The notes under the pieces were generated by a model. It saw only the letters and a program-made list of their open reading frames with translations, had not been told where the DNA came from and did no database searches. Below, one piece after another: positions 25,816 through 32,087 of a stretch of DNA of 32,087 nucleotides. Position 1 is the first letter of the stretch. Every line of letters starts with the position of its first letter. Position numbers and translations under genes: made by a program. Source of the DNA: Planctomycetaceae bacterium (GTDB taxonomy: Bacteria; Planctomycetota; Planctomycetia; Pirellulales; UBA1268); assembly GCA_046074885.1 (NCBI GenBank), contig JBJTPA010000014.1:1-32087 (forward strand), written 5' to 3'.

Positions 25816-27006
25816 TCACGGCTCGGCGACCGGCTCGCCGCCGTCGATGCTGTGCAGGCCGCGGTGGAGCGTCGCGTCGGTCGCGTCCGAGAGGAAGGCG
25901 ACGTGGGCGTCGGCGAAGAGCACGTGCGCCCCGCCGCGATGAAAGCTCCGCGGGCCGAAAAAGCCGGTCCAGTGGACGACGTAGTCGGGGATCTCGCTGT
26001 TGGGGGTCAGGAAGCCGTTCGTGAGGCTGTTGCCCTGCGTCGTGGCGGCCCAGGAGACGCCCCGGGCCCGCATCGTGGGGCTGCTCGCGCCGCGCCAGCC
26101 GTAGGCGGGGCCGGTGCGGGTCCGCCAGGAGGCGAGGAGCGAGTCGATGTCGGCGGTCGAGGGCGTCGGGCTCGCCTTGAGCGAGGCATCGGCCGAGTTG
26201 AAGTCGTTGGAGCCATTGAAGGTGTAGCGGTACGGTGCCGGGGGCGGCGCGGCCGCGGAGAAGTCGCCGTCGCCGCCGACGCTCCGCACGGCCTCGCTGC
26301 CGACGATGCTCTTCGAGGCGCCGTCGGTGACCTGCGCCAGGCGGACGCGGGACCTCTCGTAGGCGATCCCGTCGGTGGGTCGCGCAAAGTTCCAGAGCAT
26401 GCGGCCGCGGCCGTCGGCGGTGCCGCTGCCGATGCTCACCATGAGGTTGGTGCCTCCGTAGGCGAAGCCGTTGGCCGTGGTCACGGTCGGCGCGCGGTCG
26501 CTGGGGCAGAGCAGGAAGGGGATCGGCGTGGCAAAGAGATCTGCGAACCGCGGGTTCGGCACCTGGCTCGCGTAGCCGCCCGTGAAGGCGGCCTGGCCGA
26601 AGTCGAAGCGGTCGGCGAGGGACCGCTCCTCGGCGTAGGGGAGGAGCCTTGCGTGCAGCGACCAGCCGCCGCTGGCGGTGCCGCTCGCGGCGGCGCTGCC
26701 CCGGGCGTCGGTCGGCGGGAACGCCCCGCGGGCCGACTCGTGGTGGAGGAGCGCGAGGCCGAACTGCCGGAGGTTGCTCGCGCACTGGCCGCGGCGGGCG
26801 GCCTCGCGGGCGGCCTGCACGGCGGGCAGCACGAGTCCCACGAGCACGCCGACGATCGCGACGACGACGAGCAACTCGACGAGCGAAAATCCACCGGCGG
26901 CTGCGATGACTCCGACCGGGGTTTTTTCGGTGCCGTCGCGGCGTGGCGCGGACGGCGCCCGCGACTCCTGTGGACAATCGAGCTCGTCACCTGGTGGCGT
27001 GCGCAT
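25816..27006 (-). CDS. DUF1559 domain protein with prepilin-type N-terminal cleavage/methylation motif
   Basis: GFSLVELLVVVAIVGVLVGLVLPAVQAAREAARRGQCASNLRQ; C-terminal SFHRGGAHVLFADAHV. Start uncertain. Confidence 0.93.
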   Translation of the reverse strand: MRTPPGDELDCPQESRAPSAPRRDGTEKTPVGVIAAAGGFSLVELLVVVAIVGVLVGLVLPAVQAAREAARRGQCASNLRQFGLALLHHESARGAFPPTDARGSAAASGTASGGWSLHARLLPYAEERSLADRFDFGQAAFTGGYASQVPNPRFADLFATPIPFLLCPSDRAPTVTTANGFAYGGTNLMVSIGSGTADGRGRMLWNFARPTDGIAYERSRVRLAQVTDGASKSIVGSEAVRSVGGDGDFSAAAPPPAPYRYTFNGSNDFNSADASLKASPTPSTADIDSLLASWRTRTGPAYGWRGASSPTMRARGVSWAATTQGNSLTNGFLTPNSEIPDYVVHWTGFFGPRSFHRGGAHVLFADAHVAFLSDATDATLHRGLHSIDGGEPVAEP

Positions 27007-27144
27007 GGGTGGCTCCGCGAAGGGTTGGGGGGTCGGCCGTCGGCGGAGTCCGCGCACGAGCACGGACCCGCGGACGGGCGACGGGATCGCGGCGGGCGCC
27101 GAGCGTGGGCCTCGGCCGCCGTGCCGCGCAGAACAAAGCCCTGG

Positions 27145-27846
27145 TCAGCCGACGCGGGGCGGAGGCGCGGAGAGGTCCGCGAAGACGGAGGACGCGAACT
27201 CGTCGCGCGGGGCGATCGCGCCCGCGGGCGCGTTGTGGACGGGGGGCTGGGTCCGCGGTGGCGGCGGTAGCGCCGTGCCGCAGGCGAGCCAGGCGGTCGC
27301 GATGCCGCCGCAGGCGAGCATGTCGCGGAGGATCACCGTGCGCGGGGCGGGACCTGCGGGCACGTCGTCGTCGGCCGGCGTCGGCGCCACGGCGGGCGGC
27401 GCCGCGGGGGCCGCCGCGAGCGACCGGTAGGCGCTGCACACGTCGGGCCCGTCGAGGCTCGGGGACGGCGTTTCGCGGGCGGCGCAGCACGAGGCGGCCG
27501 CGTGAGGTGCGTGGCCGCCAACGGTGGGCGTCGCGGCCCTCACCCGCCGCTCGAGCGCCGCGAGCACCGCGGGCTCGACGTCGCGGGCCCGCGCCCAGGC
27601 CAGCCGCTCCACCGGCGTGTGGCAGCAGCAGGCGGCGAAGCACTGCTCGGCCGACGCGCAGCCGCAGGGTTTGTCCATGCAGGGAAACGGCCGCGAGCGG
27701 TCCTTGGCGGCGAGCCGGGCCGCGGCGTCGCTGCCACCTTCGGGCGGCGTCACGGCCAGCGGCAGCGGCAGCCCGCTCGCCACGAGCACGTGGCAGGCGA
27801 GCGCGAGCCAGGCGACGCGACGGGTTGCCGACGGGGTGGGCCTCAT
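27145..27846 (-). CDS. Cys-rich hypothetical protein with N-terminal hydrophobic segment
   Basis: KDRSRPFPCMDKPCGCASAEQCFAACCCHT..LAWA, later SCC, and C-terminal APPPRVG. Confidence 0.8.
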   Translation of the reverse strand: MRPTPSATRRVAWLALACHVLVASGLPLPLAVTPPEGGSDAAARLAAKDRSRPFPCMDKPCGCASAEQCFAACCCHTPVERLAWARARDVEPAVLAALERRVRAATPTVGGHAPHAAASCCAARETPSPSLDGPDVCSAYRSLAAAPAAPPAVAPTPADDDVPAGPAPRTVILRDMLACGGIATAWLACGTALPPPPRTQPPVHNAPAGAIAPRDEFASSVFADLSAPPPRVG

Positions 27847-27897
27847 GGCGATGAGACTACGTCGGCAGGCCGCGCGGATCAAAGCCGTGCGGCGGGG

Positions 27898-28680
27898 TCA
27901 CAGCGCCCGCAGGTAGTCGAGCGCGGCCCGGAGTTCGGCCGCGGCGGTGCGGTCCTCGACGGGCTCGATCCCGATCCAGCCGCGATAGTCGCGCTCTTCG
28001 AGCGCCGCCAGCACGGCCGCCGCGTCAACCTGGCCGGTGCCGAGCTCGACCGCGCGGCCACGGCCGGCGAACGCGCCGGCCACGGCGTCGGTGACGTGGA
28101 CCGCCGCCACGTGCGTCGCGAGGTCGGCCACCGCGGCGACGGGGTCGTGGCCGTGGACCACGAGCGATCCCGTGACGACGTCGCAGGCGAGCGAACCCTC
28201 GGGCAGGGCTCCGACGAGCCGCACGAGGTCGGCCGGCGCGGCGCGGCCCGCCTCGGCGCAGAGCGTGGCGCCGGCGTGGTGGCCCCACCTCCCGATGTCG
28301 GCGAGTACGTCCACGAGCAGCCGCCACCGCGGCCCCTCGGACTCCGTCGGAATGTCGCCCACGTGGTTCAGGACGACGCCGCAGCCGAGCGCGTGCGCGA
28401 GATCGAGAGCCTTCTTCGTGGCGGCGATCCGCCCCTCGAGGCGGTCGGAGTCGGCGTAGCCGCCCCGGGTGCGGAAGGTGACGGCCGCCACCTCGACGCC
28501 CTCGTCGCCGAGCCACTTGCGGATCTGGCGGACGCCGGTTCGCGTCACCTCCTCGGGATGCAGGCCGCCCCGCGCGTCGACCTCGATGCCGCGGATGCCG
28601 AGGTCGCGGGCTCGCCGCAGCGCCGACCGCAGGTCGCGCGCGAGGCTCGCGGCGGGCGTCGAGATGCGGGCGATGTCCAT
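27898..28680 (-). CDS. Sugar phosphate isomerase/epimerase (xylose isomerase-like TIM barrel)
   Basis: LGIRGIEV, ALDLAHALG, VHVTDA, LGTGQVD, DYRGWIGIE. Confidence 0.85.
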   Translation of the reverse strand: MDIARISTPAASLARDLRSALRRARDLGIRGIEVDARGGLHPEEVTRTGVRQIRKWLGDEGVEVAAVTFRTRGGYADSDRLEGRIAATKKALDLAHALGCGVVLNHVGDIPTESEGPRWRLLVDVLADIGRWGHHAGATLCAEAGRAAPADLVRLVGALPEGSLACDVVTGSLVVHGHDPVAAVADLATHVAAVHVTDAVAGAFAGRGRAVELGTGQVDAAAVLAALEERDYRGWIGIEPVEDRTAAAELRAALDYLRAL

Positions 28681-28746
28681 GGGCGGGATGCTGTTCCGGC
28701 GGCGCGGGGCCGTCCCCGGGCGGGTAGGCGATAGTATGCTCCAGCC

Positions 28747-29535
28747 ATGCCCACGCTCGCGACGGTGACTTCCGCACTCGAAGGGATCGCGCCGTTGCGG
28801 CTGGCCGCCGCGTGGGACTCGGTCGGCCTGCTCGTGCAACCGCGGCGGGACACGATCGAGCGGGTGCTGACCTGCCTCACGCTCACGCCGGCGGTGGCCG
28901 CGGAGGCTGTGCGGGAGCGGATCGACCTGGTGGTCGCGCACCACCCGCTGCCGTTCCGCCCGGTCGCCCGGCTCACGGCCGACACCGGTGCGGGGGCGGC
29001 GCTCCTCGCGCTCGTCGGCGCGGGCGCCGGCGTGTGGAGCAGCCACACCGCGTGGGACTCGGCGGCCGGCGGAATCAACGACCAGATCGCCGCGCTCCTC
29101 GGGCTCGTGAACGTGACACCGATCGAGCCCGACGCGGAGACGCTGCTCGCGGGGTTCGGGCGGATGGGCCGCGCGGCGGCCGGCGACCCGGTCGACGGCA
29201 TCGCGCGGCGTGCCGCCGACCGGCTGGCGGCGCCGCACGTGCAGATCGTGGGCGACCCGGGCCGACCCGCGGGCCGCGTGGGCATCGTCTGCGGCTCCGG
29301 CGGCGACGCGATCGAGGCCGTCCGCCGGAGCGGCTGCGACACGCTCCTCACGGGCGAGATCAAGCTTCACCAGGCGACGGAGGCGCTCGCCGCCGGCCTG
29401 GCCGTGATCGCCGTGGGTCACCACGCCAGCGAGCATTTTGCGATGGCCGTGCTGGGGGACCGGCTGGCCGCCGCGGTGCCGGGCCTGTCGTGTCGGGCGA
29501 GCCGCGACGAGACCGACCCGATCGGCTGGCTGTGA
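28747..29535 (+). CDS. Nif3-like dinuclear metal center protein (YbgI family)
   Basis: WDSVGLLV, AHHPLPF, HTAWD, GSGG, TGEIKLH, GHHASE. Confidence 0.92.
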   Translation: MPTLATVTSALEGIAPLRLAAAWDSVGLLVQPRRDTIERVLTCLTLTPAVAAEAVRERIDLVVAHHPLPFRPVARLTADTGAGAALLALVGAGAGVWSSHTAWDSAAGGINDQIAALLGLVNVTPIEPDAETLLAGFGRMGRAAAGDPVDGIARRAADRLAAPHVQIVGDPGRPAGRVGIVCGSGGDAIEAVRRSGCDTLLTGEIKLHQATEALAAGLAVIAVGHHASEHFAMAVLGDRLAAAVPGLSCRASRDETDPIGWL

Positions 29536-29601
29536 CGGATGCGCCGGCGCGTTGCCCGGCAGTTTCCGTGCGCTACAATTGCGGGAACTATCGGCGCACG
29601 G

Positions 29602-29630
29602 TCCCGTCGCTCGCGCTCCGGGCTTCCTGG
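29602..29630. repeat. Repeat family E, single arm
   Basis: TCCCGTCGCTCGCGCTCCGGGCTTCCTGG nearly identical to 4500-4528. Confidence 0.8.
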
Positions 29631-29684
29631 GGTCGTCGCTCGGCCCGGTTGTTCCATCACGTCATCGATCCATCAGGCCGTCCG

Positions 29685-30404
29685 ATGCCCCGCTTCCTCA
29701 CCGCCCTGCCGGTCTATAACGAGGCCGCGCACGTCGCCGGCGTGCTCGACGAGGTGCGGAAGTTCTCCCCCGACGTGCTCGTCGTGGACGACGGATCGAC
29801 CGACGGCACCTCGGCCATCGTCTCCGCCCGTGGCGACGTGCGGGTCGTCCGCCATGCCGCCAACCGGGGATACGGCGCGGCGCTCGCGACGGCCTTCCGC
29901 GAGGCCCTCGCCGGCCCCTGGGACGTGCTCGTGACGATCGACTGCGACGGCCAGCACCAGCCGCGGCTGATTCCCGACTTTGTCGCCGCGGCCGGGCGGC
30001 ACGACCTCGTCAGCGGCAGCCGGTACCTCGTGCGGTTTCCCGGCGACAGCGAGCCGCCGGCCGCCCGCCGGCGGATCAACGCCGAGATCACCGCCGAGAT
30101 CAACGAGCGGCTGGGGCTCGCGCTCACCGACGCCTGCTGCGGGTTCAAGGCCTACTCGCGGCGGGCCCTCGAGCGGCTCCGCCCGACGGAGACGGGCTAC
30201 GCGATGCCGCTCGAGGCCTGGGTGCAGGCGGCCGCGGCGGGGCTCTCGATCGTGGAGTTGGCGGTGCCGCTGGTGTACCTCGACCTGGCGCGGAGTTTCG
30301 GGGGCGCACTGGACGATGCGGCGACCCGTCTGTCCTATTATCGCCGCGTCCTCGACCGGGCCGAGGCGGCCGTGGCCGCCGGCGCCGGCGTCGATGCGGG
30401 CTAG
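29685..30404 (+). CDS. Glycosyltransferase family 2 (DPM1-like)
   Basis: LPVYNE, VVDDGSTDGT, NRGYGAA, TIDCDGQH, SGSRY, TDACCGFKAY. Confidence 0.92.
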   Translation: MPRFLTALPVYNEAAHVAGVLDEVRKFSPDVLVVDDGSTDGTSAIVSARGDVRVVRHAANRGYGAALATAFREALAGPWDVLVTIDCDGQHQPRLIPDFVAAAGRHDLVSGSRYLVRFPGDSEPPAARRRINAEITAEINERLGLALTDACCGFKAYSRRALERLRPTETGYAMPLEAWVQAAAAGLSIVELAVPLVYLDLARSFGGALDDAATRLSYYRRVLDRAEAAVAAGAGVDAG

Positions 30405-30476
30405 GGCGCGGCGCCCCGGCCGGCGGCCCGGGGTCTCGTGTTCCAGGTCAGGTCAGGCGGGATGCCGCCTGCGGAC

Positions 30477-32087
30477 ATGCCTCCCTCCCGACGTTCCCAC
30501 CGCGCCCCCGAGGAATCGGGCGGACGGCTTCTCGACCCGCTGGTCGCGTCCGACTCGGGCGGCTCGATCGAGAGCCTCATCGACAACAACCGCCTCCTGC
30601 GGGCCGCGTTCGGCACGCGGGTCGGCGACCTCAGGCTTTGGGAACTCGTCGCCGCCGCCCGCCGCGAGGTGCTCACGGTGGCCGCGGAATACACCGGCTC
30701 CTACCGCGACGTCGTGCGGCCCGACGACGTCGCCGACTGGATCGCGCGGCCGGTGATCATGGGGGGCCATCAGCCCGAGCTCTTCCACCCGGGCGTGTGG
30801 CTCAAGAACGCGGCCCTCGACGCCTACGCCCGGCACGTCGGCGGCACCGCGATCAACCTCGTCGTCGATACCGACCGCTGCGCCGCCGCGACCGTGCCGG
30901 TGCCGGCGGGCACGCCGCGGTCGGCGCGGGTCGAGCATCTGGCCTTCGACGCGCCCGCGCCCGAGACCGCCTGGGAGGAGCGGGGCGTCATCGACGTGGA
31001 GTGCTTCGAGTCGTTCGGCGACCGGGCCGCCGACCTGCTCGCGCCGCTCGTGCCCGACGCGATCGTCCGGCGCTGGTGGCCGCTGGCCGTCGAGCGGGCG
31101 CACGAGTCGCACCGCCTCGGTCTCGGCCTCGCGCAGGGGCGGCACCTGCTCGAGGAGCGCTGGGGCCTCGAAACGCTCGAGCTGCCGGTGAGCGAGCTCG
31201 TGCGGCTGCCGACCGTGATGGTGTTCACGGGCTGGCTGCTCTCGCAGGCGCGGCAGCTGCACCACGCCTGCAACGAGGCGCTCGCCGCGCACCGCCGCGC
31301 GCACCGCGTCCGCGGCCGGGGCCGGCCGCTGCCCGACCTCGTGGCGCGGCACGACGAGGCCGGCGAGTGGCTCGAGGTGCCGTGGTGGCTCTGGTCGCGC
31401 GACGACCCGCGGCGGCGGCGGGTCTACGCCCTGCCAGGCTCGGGCGCGATGGCGCTCTCCGACCTCGAGACGGTGCGGGTGGAGCTGCCGATCGCCGCCG
31501 ACACGCCGCCGGAGCGGTGGATCGACGCGCTGACACGCATGGAGGAGCACGGCCTGCGGCTGCGGCCGCGGGCCATCGCGACCACGCTCGTGGCGCGGCT
31601 CCTCGTGGCCGACGCGTTCGTGCACGGCATCGGCGGGGCCGTCTACGACCGGATCACCGACGAGATCGTGCGGCGGCTCACCGGCTGCGACCCGCCACGT
31701 CATGCCGTGGTCTCCGGCACGCTGCGGCTCCCCGTCGAGCGGGCGTTTCCCGGCTTCACGGCCGACGATCCCGCGGCCCGGCTGGCGGCGGTGCGGCGCG
31801 AACTCCGCGACCTGGAGTACCACCCCGAGAAGCACCTCGGGCCACCCGCGGACGTGCCGGCGGAGCTCCGCGAGCTCGTGACCGAGAAGTGGCGCTGGAT
31901 CGACACTCACCCGACCGCGGCGCTCGCCCGCCGCCGCTGCCACGCGATCCGGGACGCCAACGCGCGGCTGGCCGCGCACCTCGCCGACCGGCGGCGCGAC
32001 CTCGCCGCGCGGATCGAGCCGCTCGCCACCGCGTGCGCGGCGCGCGAGGTACTCCGATCGCGCGACTATCCCTGGTGTTTTTTCCCG
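30477..32087 (+). CDS. Conserved hypothetical protein, distantly BshC-like (3' truncated by window; absent from ORF track)
   Basis: Frame from ATG 30477 spot-checked as in frame to the window end: MGGHQPELFHPGVWLKN, NLVVDTD, LRPRA, FVHGIGGAVYD, a coiled-coil-like stretch, LRSRDYPWCFFP. Confidence 0.75.
   Translation, partial: MPPSRRSHRAPEESGGRLLDPLVASDSGGSIESLIDNNRLLRAAFGTRVGDLRLWELVAAARREVLTVAAEYTGSYRDVVRPDDVADWIARPVIMGGHQPELFHPGVWLKNAALDAYARHVGGTAINLVVDTDRCAAATVPVPAGTPRSARVEHLAFDAPAPETAWEERGVIDVECFESFGDRAADLLAPLVPDAIVRRWWPLAVERAHESHRLGLGLAQGRHLLEERWGLETLELPVSELVRLPTVMVFTGWLLSQARQLHHACNEALAAHRRAHRVRGRGRPLPDLVARHDEAGEWLEVPWWLWSRDDPRRRRVYALPGSGAMALSDLETVRVELPIAADTPPERWIDALTRMEEHGLRLRPRAIATTLVARLLVADAFVHGIGGAVYDRITDEIVRRLTGCDPPRHAVVSGTLRLPVERAFPGFTADDPAARLAAVRRELRDLEYHPEKHLGPPADVPAELRELVTEKWRWIDTHPTAALARRRCHAIRDANARLAAHLADRRRDLAARIEPLATACAAREVLRSRDYPWCFFP

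Noticed and set aside
25905-25945. DUF1559 H-x9-DG motif reads H-x9-DA
   Set aside because: A single conservative substitution; not enough to infer altered function.
23432-27006. ExeA-like ATPase plus prepilin-motif protein as a type II secretion or pilus locus
   Set aside because: The two are separated by rsmE and repeats, with no secretin, assembly ATPase or platform genes. DUF1559 genes are abundant and scattered in planctomycetes.
1-32087. tRNA, rRNA, prophage, integron or defence genes
   Set aside because: No cloverleaf, rRNA-like tract, integrase, RT, nuclease or phage motif was recognised by eye.

Overview
GC-rich bacterial chromosomal window, most consistent with a Planctomycetota (Pirellulales-like) genome: it has a DUF1559 prepilin-type protein, a 'DWPxFRG' PQQ-like beta-propeller and a Zn-ribbon SpoVG. 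It is mostly housekeeping genes: groEL 3' end, feoA-feoB plus a small membrane ORF behind a Fur-type box, bioD, galT-like, dgkA, aquaporin, hisI, rfbB, TatD/EboB-like hydrolase, hemB, SAM methyltransferase, mog, VOC protein, lysS, lolC/E-lolD-ilvE, ispE-spoVG, rlmN, ExeA-like ATPase, rsmE, sugar-phosphate isomerase, Nif3-like protein, a GT2 and a truncated BshC-like ORF absent from the ORF track. The most unusual content is intergenic. At least five repeat families (A-E) occur, and A, B and C lie between convergent genes. At 25.06-25.80 kb they are nested: a MITE-like element C holds an internally deleted IS4-type element (18-bp TIRs, 9-bp target duplication supported by an empty C copy at 23.3 kb), which in turn holds a REPIN-like element A and a covarying structured element B. 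Other leads are an aquaporin with a non-canonical ar/R filter and a Cys-rich, PPPR-ending ORF upstream of the DUF1559 gene. All protein calls come from motif recognition by eye; no searches were run and several start codons are estimates.
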